Part shown: piece by piece, positions 30,398-39,388 of the stretch
Numbering within the stretch: position 1 is the first letter of the stretch
Layout of the letters: the number at the start of each line of letters is the position of its first letter
Source of the DNA: a bacterium
Lineage (GTDB): Bacteria > Patescibacteriota > Minisyncoccia > UBA6257 > GWB1-50-10
Length of the DNA: 64,000 nt
NCBI GenBank assembly: GCA_021814165.1
Contig: JAKAIX010000003.1
Location: 14,551-78,550, forward strand
Direction of reading: 5' to 3'
The notes under the pieces: generated by a model
What the model was told of the DNA's origin: nothing
The model's database searches: none
What the model saw: the letters and a program-made list of their open reading frames with translations, nothing else
Program-made: the position numbers and the translations under genes

Positions 30398-32080
30398 ATG
30401 ACCGGAGGGCTGCTTGAGCTTGCGATCGTGATATTGGTTGCCGCCGTACTCGGTTCGGCGGCAAAGCTGTTCCGTCAGCCCGTCATTCTTGCCTATCTCG
30501 CGACGGGGATTGTCATCGGCTACTTCGGACTATTTAACTTCCAGGACAAGGAAGTGTTTTCGATTTTTTCCGACCTTGGCATTATGTTCCTTCTCTTCCT
30601 CGTCGGACTCGAAATCAATTACACATCACTCCGTCTTGTGGGGAAGGCGTCAGTGATTCTGGGATTGGGACAAATCGTGTTTACGGCCGCGCTCGGCTAT
30701 CTTATTACGGCCGCGCTCGGGTTTCCTCCGCTTCAGGCGATCTACATTGCGGTCGCGCTCACGTTCTCAAGTACCATCATTATCGTAAAACTCCTTTCCG
30801 ACAAGAGGGAACTCCATAGCTTGCACGGAAAAATGAGTGTCGGCCTGCTCCTCGTACAGGATCTGGTCGCGGTGCTTATTCTTATCTTTCTCGCGAGTGT
30901 CGATACCGGCGGGGGCGGCATATGGTGGAATGTTATTCTCACCGTTCTGAAGGGGATAGCGCTGTTTGCCTTCATTCTGTTTCTCGGACGGAAAGTGTTC
31001 CCGCCGCTTTTTGACAGGATCGCCCGGTCGCAGGAGCTCCTTTTCCTTGCCAGCGTGGCGTGGCTTTTTCTTCTCGCCGCGGCGATTGCGAAAATAGGAT
31101 TTTCGATCGAGATCGCGGGGCTCCTTGCGGGGCTCGCGCTCGCGAATTCCTCCGAACGATTTGAAATTTCCCACAAGCTCCGCCCGCTTCGGGATTTTTT
31201 CATCCTTATTTTTTTCGTCATTCTCGGTACGTCGCTCACGTTATCGAATTTCAACGGTCTCGCGTCTCCCATCATACTCCTGTCGCTCTTCGTGCTTATC
31301 GGAAACCCTCTTATTATTCTCGTACTCATGGGGATCATGGGATACCGGAAGCGGACGAGTTTTCTCACGGGGATGAATATCGCGCAGATTTCCGAATTCA
31401 GTTTGGTGCTCGCGGCGGTGGGGCTTAAGATCGGCCACATCACCGAAGGAGTTGTCGCGCTTATCACGGCGGTGGGAATCATCACGATTGCATTCTCCTC
31501 GTATTTCATCATGCACGGGGAGACGATTTACCGGTTCTTCTCAAGACCGCTCTCGCTTTTCGAGCGGAAGAGAACGAAAGAGACGGAGCTCTCGGATGGG
31601 GAAGAGGCGAAGCCCATCGTACTTATCGGGTGCGGCCGGACGGGGGAGAGTTTGGCATTGGGGCTTCCGAGGAGCGAAATCTTGATTGTCGACTTTGATC
31701 CCGATGTGGTGAAGAAGCTCAAAATGAGGGGGTTTTCGGTGCTCTACGGGGACAGTGCGGACGACGAACTGTTCCACAGGGCGCACATGAAAGAAGCGAA
31801 GTTGGTAATCTCCACGAGCCCCGATCTCGACGATAATCTGGCGCTTCTCGCGCAGCTTTCGATGCCGAATGACACCAGGCCTAAAGTTATCGTGCGCGCC
31901 GACACGGAAGAAAACGCAAAGGCGCTCTACGAGCATGGAACCGATTACGTGCTTCTTCCTCACTTCACCTCGGGGCAGTATCTGGGGAAGACGATTGCGC
32001 TTGATCCGGCGATGGAGGTACTCCAAACTCTCCGGGAAAACGACCTAAAGCTTCTTGAGGCCATAGACGGGAAGAAATGA
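30398..32080 (+). CDS. monovalent cation:proton antiporter (CPA2, KefB/KefC-like) with C-terminal RCK/TrkA-N domain
   Basis: ~12 TM Na/H-exchanger core, then a Rossmann domain with IVLIGCGRTGESLALGL. Length 560 aa. Confidence 0.85.
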   Translation: MTGGLLELAIVILVAAVLGSAAKLFRQPVILAYLATGIVIGYFGLFNFQDKEVFSIFSDLGIMFLLFLVGLEINYTSLRLVGKASVILGLGQIVFTAALGYLITAALGFPPLQAIYIAVALTFSSTIIIVKLLSDKRELHSLHGKMSVGLLLVQDLVAVLILIFLASVDTGGGGIWWNVILTVLKGIALFAFILFLGRKVFPPLFDRIARSQELLFLASVAWLFLLAAAIAKIGFSIEIAGLLAGLALANSSERFEISHKLRPLRDFFILIFFVILGTSLTLSNFNGLASPIILLSLFVLIGNPLIILVLMGIMGYRKRTSFLTGMNIAQISEFSLVLAAVGLKIGHITEGVVALITAVGIITIAFSSYFIMHGETIYRFFSRPLSLFERKRTKETELSDGEEAKPIVLIGCGRTGESLALGLPRSEILIVDFDPDVVKKLKMRGFSVLYGDSADDELFHRAHMKEAKLVISTSPDLDDNLALLAQLSMPNDTRPKVIVRADTEENAKALYEHGTDYVLLPHFTSGQYLGKTIALDPAMEVLQTLRENDLKLLEAIDGKK

Positions 32081-32207
32081 GGGGACTTGTGGATAGATTT
32101 TTTCCTCTTGCGCCCCTTTTTGGTATAATAAGAGCAAGGTATATATCCGGTTTCTTTGCTGAGATCGGAAAAGGTCGGGTAATAATAAGAAAGGACGCAA
32201 TTCATTC

Positions 32208-32885
32208 ATGTTTATTCAAGATTGGGCGTCATTGGTCGTAGGTTCGCTTCAGAATCTCTGGGTCGGCTTTTTGAGTACGCTTGCGAGTATCGTGGGCGCG
32301 CTCATCGTGCTTATCATCGGTCTTATCGTTGCTGCGGGCATCGCTTCGCTCGTCGAAAAGATCGTGAATCTCGTGAAGCTCGACAAGCTTCTCGTAAATA
32401 TGGGACTTCAAGAGTATTTCGATCGTGCGGGACTCCGGTTAAACAGTGGAAAATTCTTCCACAGAATCGTCTACTGGTTCCTCGTGGTCGTCTTCCTGCT
32501 TGCGGCGACCGATATCCTTGGCTTCTACTCCCTCTCCAGTTTCTTGAGAGATGTATTGCTGTACGTTCCGAACGTGATCGTGGCGGTGTTGATCATGCTT
32601 GCGGCGCTTGTCATCGGGCACTTCCTGAAGAATGCCGTCACCGTTTCCGTGAAAGGCGCGCGTTTGCATGGTGCGGGATTTCTTGGCTCGCTCACGTGGT
32701 GGGCGGTCGTCGTGTTCGGATTTCTCGCGGCGCTTTCGCAGCTCGGTATCGCGGTGGTGATCGTGAACGCCTTAGTGACCGGTTTTATCGCCATGCTTGC
32801 GCTTGCCTTCGGGCTCGCGTTCGGTTTGGGCGGAAAAGACCAGGCGGCACAGGTGCTCTCGAAATTCCGCGAGCACACGCACTAG
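32208..32885 (+). CDS. membrane protein with repeated conserved TM-helix units (MscS-associated TM_helix-like), function unknown
   Basis: Several similar hydrophobic repeats (LIVLIIGLIVAAGIASL; WFLVVVFLLAATDILG; AVLIMLAALVIGHFL). Confidence 0.5.
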   Translation: MFIQDWASLVVGSLQNLWVGFLSTLASIVGALIVLIIGLIVAAGIASLVEKIVNLVKLDKLLVNMGLQEYFDRAGLRLNSGKFFHRIVYWFLVVVFLLAATDILGFYSLSSFLRDVLLYVPNVIVAVLIMLAALVIGHFLKNAVTVSVKGARLHGAGFLGSLTWWAVVVFGFLAALSQLGIAVVIVNALVTGFIAMLALAFGLAFGLGGKDQAAQVLSKFREHTH

Positions 32886-33144
32886 AAGTTGTTTCTAGAG
32901 TCAGAGAAAACTCCTCGCTTCTGCGGGGAGTTTTGTTGTAGGAGAATATTATCTTCCCCTCGTTCACAAACCTTCAAATATCAGGAACTTTGGTTCGCTC
33001 GCACGTTCCTCGCCATCCTGCTCGGCCTTACGGCGAGGGGCCTGACTCGGCGACGCGGCTCGCTCACAAGTTCCAAGGTATTTTCCGGTAATGTTCACTC
33101 GGAGAAGATAATATTCTATTTTCCTTCCTATTCTCTTTCTCATT

Positions 33145-33363
33145 AATGGATTTCTCTTTCTTCTGTCCGTGCCAAGTGCTTCGTTCATAATACTTTCACT
33201 GCATTCATCCTCGGAAAATTGAGGGGTTGTGCAACTCAACCTCATCCGCGCTTCGCGGATTCGGGATTCGAACAACGCACAACTCCCTCATTTCTCTCGT
33301 CTTTATGCAAGAAAGTATTTTATTCACTCCGCAAGGCACGGACAGAAGAAAGAGAAATCCATT
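33145..33363. mobile_element. MITE-like element: perfect 29-bp terminal inverted repeats flanking a 161-bp core
   Basis: Arm 33145-33173 (aatggatttctctttcttctgtccgtgcc) is the exact reverse complement of arm 33335-33363 (ggcacggacagaagaaagagaaatccatt). The core is non-coding. The element lies in the 5' leader of rplU. Confidence 0.55.
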
Positions 33364-33403
33364 CTTGCTTTTTTTTGCGGCCCCGTGTATTCTGAACTCT
33401 GTT

Positions 33404-33721
33404 ATGGCAGGAGAACAAACGGCGATAATCCAAACGGGAGGAAAACAATATGTGGTGCATGCGGGTGCGAAGCTCATTGTGGAAAAACTCGATGGCAAGG
33501 CGGGAGACGAGATTATATTCGATAAAGTGCTCTTGAAGGGAGACGACGCGAAGGTGGAAATAGGGACGCCGTACCTTTCGGGTGTGCGCGTCACGGGAAC
33601 GATTGCGGAGCAGGGAAGGGATGAAAAGAAAGTTATCTTCAGATATCACTCAAAGACGAGATACAGGAAGCTTAAAGGGCACCGTCAGCCGCACACGAAG
33701 GTAGTCATCACGAACATATAA
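33404..33721 (+). CDS. rplU: 50S ribosomal protein L21
   Basis: MAGEQTAIIQTGGKQYVVHAGAKLIVEKL matches the L21 N-terminus (xAIIxTGGKQYkV). Length 105 aa. Confidence 0.85.
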   Translation: MAGEQTAIIQTGGKQYVVHAGAKLIVEKLDGKAGDEIIFDKVLLKGDDAKVEIGTPYLSGVRVTGTIAEQGRDEKKVIFRYHSKTRYRKLKGHRQPHTKVVITNI

Positions 33722-33723
33722 AA

Positions 33724-33745
33724 AACGCCGGGGAGGCGTTTTTTG
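33724..33745 (+). terminator. rho-independent terminator after rplU
   Basis: aacgcc-gggga-ggcgtt followed by TTTT. Confidence 0.75.
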
Positions 33746-33748
33746 TCG

Positions 33749-34345
33749 TTAGTCGCGGTGTTCGAACGAACTTGCAAGCGACGCGTCATCCGCGAATTCT
33801 ATCTCGCCTCCCGTAGGTATACCGCGGGAAAGACGGGTTATTTTTTTCGCGAGTCCGCCGAATTCTTTTGCAATGAGATCCGCCGTAAAGTCGCCGATGG
33901 ACGTCGGATTCAGGGCAATTATGAGTTCGCGGAGCGGCGCACCCCTTTTTCCGAGGGTTTGCTTCAGGCGTTCGAGACGGAGTTTTTGCGCCGTTTCCAG
34001 CACCCCCTTCTCCGCGAGTTTTCCGAGGATGAAGTATTTTCCGCGGAATACCCCCGCAGTCTCGAAGGTGAGAAGATCGGTTTCTTTTTCAAGTATGGCA
34101 ATGATGTCGGACATTCGATGGGGATCGTTACAGACGGCACATCGCGGTTCGTCTTCGTGTTTCAGGAAAAAACATTCGTCGCATCGATCGAGCTCTCGGA
34201 GCGCGCCGAGGGAGGATTCAAGCTCGCGGAGCGTCGCTTTGTCAAGCGAGGTCAGAAAGAACGCGAGTCGCGTCGCTTGTCGCGGCCCCATTGAGGGGAG
34301 ACGGGAAAACGCATCAATAAAATTTTTTATCTCTTTCGGAATCAC
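33749..34345 (-). CDS. recR: recombination protein RecR
   Basis: HhH N-terminus, C4 zinc finger (CDEC...CAVC), Toprim domain and 198 aa. Confidence 0.9.
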   Translation of the reverse strand: MIPKEIKNFIDAFSRLPSMGPRQATRLAFFLTSLDKATLRELESSLGALRELDRCDECFFLKHEDEPRCAVCNDPHRMSDIIAILEKETDLLTFETAGVFRGKYFILGKLAEKGVLETAQKLRLERLKQTLGKRGAPLRELIIALNPTSIGDFTADLIAKEFGGLAKKITRLSRGIPTGGEIEFADDASLASSFEHRD

Positions 34346-34349
34346 GGCG

Positions 34350-35741
34350 TTAGAATTCTTCTGTGTGTTGCGTATCGATATTTTTGAACCCCACGCGTTC
34401 CTGATCGTATATGAGTCTGATCGTGCCCACGGGTCCGTTCCGGTGTTTCGCGATTATAATCTCGGCCGTTCTTTGTTCTTCTTCGGTCGCGTCGAGGCGG
34501 TCTCTGTCCTTCCGGTAGATAAAGAGCACCACGTCCGCATCTTGCTCGAGAGAGCCGCTCTCGCGGAGGTCGGAAAGGCGGGGGATTTTTACCTCGCGTT
34601 TGTCGACGTCGCGAGAAAGCTGGGAAACGGCGATCACGGGGACGTTCAGTTCGCGCGCGAGCGCCTTGAGGCCGCGGGAGGTTTCCGTAACCTGTTGCAC
34701 CATATTGTCGCTTGAAGTCCGCGGTTGTATGAGTTGGAGATAATCTACGATGATAAGATCGATTCCCTGCTCCAATTGGAGGCGTCGCGCCATGGAACGC
34801 ATCTGAAGCAAAGTGGGGGACGCGTTGTCGTCGATGAATATCCTCGATTTTGAGAGTTCATCGAGCCCTTGTTGGACAAGCGCGAACTCCATCTCGTCGT
34901 TTAGGCGGCCGGTGCGGAGTCGCCAGAGAGGAATCTGCGCCTGCCCGGCGATCAGCCGGTCGATTATCTGTTCGCGGGACATTTCGATTGAAAAAAGCGC
35001 TACGGATTTTCCTCCCGTGATCGCTGCTTGGCGCGCGATATCGAGCACGAGCGCCGTCTTTCCGAGTGAAGGCCGCGCTCCCACAATGATAAGATCGGAA
35101 GGTTGAAGCCCCGAGAGCATCCTGTCGAGGTCGTGAAACTGGGTGGCAATGCCCCGGAGCGACCCCTTCTCTCCGTGATGGAGTTTCTCAAACCGCTCGT
35201 ATGCGGCGGGAAGCTCGTCTTTTATTGAAACGAACCGTTGGGGACGGGAACGCTGGGAGATGCTGAATATTCTCTGTTCCACGTCTTCGAGAAGAGCTTC
35301 AAAATTCTTTTCCTCGAACGCCTTCTCGTTGATTTCGGAAGATGCTTGTATAAGGTCGCGCCGTACGCGTTTCTCTCGGACGATGTTTGCATAATGAGCC
35401 ACATGCGCGGATGTCGGCACGCTCCCCACGAGTTCGGTCAGGTAATCGATGCCTCCGATGTCTTCAAGCTGTTTCTTTTCCTTGAGTTCATGGGAAACCG
35501 TCAGAAGATCGATCGGCTCGCCGCGGCTCCAGAGTTCCAGGATCGCCTGATATATCTTTTTGTTTTTTGATTCGTAGAAATCGCTCGGCGTGAGCGCATC
35601 CGCCACCTGGATTACGGCGTTTTTGTCGAGCATGAGCGATCCCAGTACGGAAAGTTCCGCCTCGGTATCCTGCGGAGGGAGTTTAAATGAATCTTGTGTT
35701 GTCGGTTTTTTGGGCATAATTTCGAAAAACGAAAAATCCAA
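34350..35741 (-). CDS. dnaB: replicative DNA helicase DnaB
   Basis: N-terminal DnaB domain, Walker A GARPSLGKTA, RecA-like core and 463 aa. Confidence 0.9.
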   Translation of the reverse strand: MDFSFFEIMPKKPTTQDSFKLPPQDTEAELSVLGSLMLDKNAVIQVADALTPSDFYESKNKKIYQAILELWSRGEPIDLLTVSHELKEKKQLEDIGGIDYLTELVGSVPTSAHVAHYANIVREKRVRRDLIQASSEINEKAFEEKNFEALLEDVEQRIFSISQRSRPQRFVSIKDELPAAYERFEKLHHGEKGSLRGIATQFHDLDRMLSGLQPSDLIIVGARPSLGKTALVLDIARQAAITGGKSVALFSIEMSREQIIDRLIAGQAQIPLWRLRTGRLNDEMEFALVQQGLDELSKSRIFIDDNASPTLLQMRSMARRLQLEQGIDLIIVDYLQLIQPRTSSDNMVQQVTETSRGLKALARELNVPVIAVSQLSRDVDKREVKIPRLSDLRESGSLEQDADVVLFIYRKDRDRLDATEEEQRTAEIIIAKHRNGPVGTIRLIYDQERVGFKNIDTQHTEEF

Positions 35742-35828
35742 ATGCCAACTATCAAATCAAATCCAAGATCCTGATGTCAAAAACGTTTTTGACATTTGTC
35801 ATTTGGACTTCGGCATTCTAAATAGAAC

Positions 35829-37271
35829 TTAGAGTTTATAAATGAAGGTACCCAATGGCGTATCTTCTAAGGAGTATCCTAGCACGCGAGCCTCGTCTCT
35901 CAAAACGTCGGCGTGCGTAAACTGTTTACGGTCTCTGGATAAATCCCGCTCGGCGGCGATTTTCCTCACATTTTCGGGGATATCGGGGTTGTTAATGGAA
36001 ATACCAAGCGCCGAAAGAAGCTTAAAAAAACAGCCGCGAAGCGCCTCGGTTTCTTTAAAAGAGAGATTCCACAACCGCTCCTGATATTCCGCTGCCAGTT
36101 TGAAAAGGCACGCGATCGCTGCGGGGGTATTGAAATCGTCTTCAAGCGCTTCCTCGAACTCCTGCGTGGTGCGAACGGCATCTTCCTCCGCGGTTGTTGC
36201 CGCTTCCTTTTCTTTATTTTTCTCTCCCACGAACGCGAGCTTCTCCAAAAACAACCGCAACCTTTCAAATGTTGCCTGAGCCTCCTGTATCGATTCTCCC
36301 GAGTAGTCGATGGGAGAACGATAATGGAAACCGAGAAAGAACCAACGGAGAAGTTCCGGCGAATATTGTTTGACGGCATCCCTGATGGTGATGAAATTTC
36401 CCAAACTCTTGGACATTTTTTTCCCGTTTATAGTGAGAAGTCCGGTGTGCATCCAGATCCGCACGAGCGGCTCTTTCCCGGAGGCGGCTTCTTGTTGCGC
36501 GATTTCGGCTTCGTGATGGGGGAACTTCAGTTCGAGCGCGCCGCCGTGAAGATCGTACTGCGGTCCGAAATAATGTTCGGTGATCGCGGTGTCTTCGATG
36601 TGCCATCCGGGACGTCCCCAGCCGAGCTCGGTGCGCCACGCGGGCTCGCCGTCTTCGGTGAGTACGAACTTCGCGGATTCATCCGGCAGGGGAGGCGTTT
36701 TCGGAAATTTCCAGAGTGCGAAATCGCCGCGGTTCCGTTTTGCAACACTTTCATCAATTCTTGAAACCGCGTCTTCCGCCTGAATCGCGGTTCTTCTGGA
36801 AAGCTTCCCGTATGAGGGGAATTTGGTGATGTCAAAATAAATGCCGTCCGCCTCGATTTCGTACGCGAACCCTTTCTGTTTAAGCGCGCGGACTTGTTTC
36901 ACGATCTCCGTGATGAATTCGCTCGCGGGAGCGTAGCGGTTTACGGATTCGATCTTTAAGGTGCGCATATCCTCGAAGTACGAATTTTTGAAAAACGAAG
37001 CGATATGCTCCGGGGTTTCACCCCGCTCTTTGGCTCGGGTGATAATTTTATCGTCTATGTCGGTGATGTTTTGAAGATAAAACACGTCCCATCGCTTGAA
37101 ATTCCTAAGATACCGCACGAACGTATCGTATGCGAAATACGTTCTTGCGTGCCCCATGTGCGCGTAGTCGTATACCGTGGGGCCGCAGACAAATATATGG
37201 AGCGGCCGCTCGTCCGGTTTTTCAAGGAGTTCTTTCTTTCCCGAGAGTGTGTTTAAGATCCGCATAGACAT
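35829..37271 (-). CDS. cysS: cysteinyl-tRNA synthetase
   Basis: HIGH motif (HMGHARTY), KMSKS motif (KMSKSLGN) and the CGPTVYD N-terminus. Confidence 0.9.
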   Translation of the reverse strand: MSMRILNTLSGKKELLEKPDERPLHIFVCGPTVYDYAHMGHARTYFAYDTFVRYLRNFKRWDVFYLQNITDIDDKIITRAKERGETPEHIASFFKNSYFEDMRTLKIESVNRYAPASEFITEIVKQVRALKQKGFAYEIEADGIYFDITKFPSYGKLSRRTAIQAEDAVSRIDESVAKRNRGDFALWKFPKTPPLPDESAKFVLTEDGEPAWRTELGWGRPGWHIEDTAITEHYFGPQYDLHGGALELKFPHHEAEIAQQEAASGKEPLVRIWMHTGLLTINGKKMSKSLGNFITIRDAVKQYSPELLRWFFLGFHYRSPIDYSGESIQEAQATFERLRLFLEKLAFVGEKNKEKEAATTAEEDAVRTTQEFEEALEDDFNTPAAIACLFKLAAEYQERLWNLSFKETEALRGCFFKLLSALGISINNPDIPENVRKIAAERDLSRDRKQFTHADVLRDEARVLGYSLEDTPLGTFIYKL

Positions 37272-37275
37272 TCGT

Positions 37276-38292
37276 TTATTGAGTGAAGTTCAGAATTACG
37301 TCATCGACCCGAGGCGATTGTGTTTGCAGAAGATCGCTTTGCAAACGCGCGCGGTAGCGATAGTAGCGGTAATTATTGTAGTAGGAACTATTCACGCAGA
37401 TAGGTGTATTGGGAGCCGCGCATCCGGTTCCTCCGTTCATGCTCTGCGAGCAGGCGGCGCCGTAGTAAGTCGCGCTCGTGTCATCGGGTCCGATAAAATT
37501 CCATGGACCGTTCGCGTTCGCCGACGCGGCGATCTGGAAACTGGTGCAAAGCCCCGTACCGCTTCCCGGATTTCCTTGCCAAATGATGCTTCCGAGAGTT
37601 GCGCCGTCCGATATCCCCGTATCGAACGTTTCCGAATCGAGGTAGCCGATGGTACTCGTCGATCTCCATAAAGTGTTTACAAGATATTGCACCGTGCCGC
37701 AACTCGAATTGTTAGCGCAGTTGAAACTGATCCACCCGTCCAAATCGTTCCATGCGTATCCGTTGAAATTTCCGTTTGCATCGATGGTGACGCCGTACGA
37801 TTGCGTGCCGGGGCATACGGAAGTCCCAAGACCTCCGCAGAAACTGATCCACCCGATGGTATCGTTCCACGCATATCCGCTCAGGACGCCGTCCGCCTGC
37901 GCGTTCGAGCACGTGCCGTCGGCATTATGCGTCGCGCTTGCTCCGTTGCAGACCCCGTAGTTTGATGTGCCGCAGATATTCCCGGCTCTTGTCGTCGCGC
38001 AATCGAGAGAAATATCGCCGACTGACGAACTCGCATACCCTTGTACCCGCGAGCCGCTCACGGTGACTGTGAGCGGCGTGTAGAAATCCCACCAGCCGCT
38101 CCCGTCGTCCCATGCAACGGAGCTTGAGGGAGTGGAACTGACGTTGGTCGCCGCCATCCCGACCGGCGCCGCTACTCTGGAGAGCGCATACGCAATGCCG
38201 GCACACACCGCGACCACCGTGAACCAAGAAATGATTCGCGCTCCTCCCATTCCGGCAGCAGAGGTTCGGTGATTGTCCATATTTTTCCCCAC
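37276..38292 (-). CDS. secreted/membrane-anchored repeat protein (GYAWND-x2-GWISF repeats), function unknown
   Basis: N-terminal TM/signal segment, Gly/Ser/Asn/Thr-rich body, and internal repeats SGYAWNDTIGWISFCGG / NGYAWNDLDGWISFNCANN. The matching DNA tandem repeats are visible at 37715-37890. Confidence 0.65.
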   Translation of the reverse strand: MGKNMDNHRTSAAGMGGARIISWFTVVAVCAGIAYALSRVAAPVGMAATNVSSTPSSSVAWDDGSGWWDFYTPLTVTVSGSRVQGYASSSVGDISLDCATTRAGNICGTSNYGVCNGASATHNADGTCSNAQADGVLSGYAWNDTIGWISFCGGLGTSVCPGTQSYGVTIDANGNFNGYAWNDLDGWISFNCANNSSCGTVQYLVNTLWRSTSTIGYLDSETFDTGISDGATLGSIIWQGNPGSGTGLCTSFQIAASANANGPWNFIGPDDTSATYYGAACSQSMNGGTGCAAPNTPICVNSSYYNNYRYYRYRARLQSDLLQTQSPRVDDVILNFTQ

Positions 38293-38360
38293 TCTTTCCT
38301 GTTAGTATATCAAAAAAACGGGCTTCTATGCTATAATACGACGGTAAAAGGTCGTTTTCG

Positions 38361-38843
38361 ATGCGCTATTCAGACGTCGATTATATTATGAAAAATGTGA
38401 ACAAAATTTTAGTAGCGGTTATCGTTGTTCTCGTTCTCGTACTTGCGGGCGTTGTCGTTTGGCAGACGTGGATCGCCGGTCCTTCGTATTATGCCGTGTA
38501 TCTTCGAACGGGTGACCTTTATTTCGGCGAGCTTTCGAGATTTCCTTCCTTCGAGTTGCAGCACGTCTACATGTTGCAGGTGAATGCACAGAACAACCAG
38601 AACCCGATCAGCGTCCAGAAATTTACGAACGTATTCTGGGGGCCGGAGGATTCCATAAAACTCAACCGTGACGAGGTGGTGTGGTACACGAAATTGAAAT
38701 CGGACAGCCAGCTCGTGAAGTTGATCGCTTCAAACCCGGAACTTCTTCCTTCCGCGACGGGGGCTCCTCAAGGAACGGCGCCTCAAGGAACAGCACCTCA
38801 AAAACCGTCTTCAGATCAATCGAAAACGGATAAACAGAATTAA
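38361..38843 (+). CDS. membrane-anchored hypothetical protein with C-terminal PQGTA repeats
   Basis: N-terminal TM helix (ILVAVIVVLVLVLAGVVVW) and a C-terminal tail APQGTAPQGTAPQKP. Confidence 0.55.
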   Translation: MRYSDVDYIMKNVNKILVAVIVVLVLVLAGVVVWQTWIAGPSYYAVYLRTGDLYFGELSRFPSFELQHVYMLQVNAQNNQNPISVQKFTNVFWGPEDSIKLNRDEVVWYTKLKSDSQLVKLIASNPELLPSATGAPQGTAPQGTAPQKPSSDQSKTDKQN

Positions 38844-38865
38844 TCTGAGGTACGCGGGATTCCGA

Positions 38866-38934
38866 AAAACCCCGGCGTTTCCCGACAGCAGTCCTCTTTG
38901 AGGGATTGCTGTCGGGTTTTCCGCCGGGGTTTTT
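38866..38934. terminator. long imperfect hairpin (bidirectional terminator-like)
   Basis: aaaaaccccggcg...cccgacagcag-tcctctttgaggga-ttgctgtcggg...cgccggggttttt: nested GC stems with A/T runs on both sides. Confidence 0.6.
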
Positions 38935-38946
38935 GCTATGATATAA

Positions 38947-39375
38947 GTGTATATGACTTCATCCGGAAAAGGTCAGATTGCGCTTCCGTTCGTTCTTCTC
39001 ATAAGCGGCATCATCATCGAAATCGTTATCGCGGGATCGTTCGTTACGTACTTTGCGAGTGGTTCCGGATACAGCTCACGGCTTCAGGCGCGCGCGTGGG
39101 CGGCCGCGATGTCGGGAGTGCAGGACGCGTTGGTGAAAATTGCCAAGGATAAAGAATTCGCTCCTTCGACGGTTCAATATGAGTTTACGCTCGACACGGA
39201 TACCGCGACCGTAACCGTTTCGAGAACTCCAGACGCTACGGGGCAGTATTATGTGTACACTGTTACCTCTCTCGGTTCCGCGGGAAGCAGACAAAAGGAA
39301 TTAACTGCGACTGCGGTGGTGCATCAAACCACGGGTGCGCTGCAGCTTCAGTCGGTCGTCGATACGCCGCTCTAA
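38947..39375 (+). CDS. PilX-like / pilin-like small protein (hydrophobic N-terminal helix, no canonical prepilin site)
   Basis: GQIALPFVLLISGIIIEIVIAGSF resembles the PilX N-terminal segment, followed by a beta-rich Thr-rich domain. Confidence 0.45.
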   Translation: MYMTSSGKGQIALPFVLLISGIIIEIVIAGSFVTYFASGSGYSSRLQARAWAAAMSGVQDALVKIAKDKEFAPSTVQYEFTLDTDTATVTVSRTPDATGQYYVYTVTSLGSAGSRQKELTATAVVHQTTGALQLQSVVDTPL

Positions 39376-39388
39376 ATACCATCGGGCC

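Noticed and set aside
30742-31512. 256-aa antisense ORF within the Kef antiporter gene, and similar antisense frames in ligA, recG and dnaB regions
   Set aside because: They lie opposite well-supported conserved genes and have low-complexity Arg/Ser-rich compositions.
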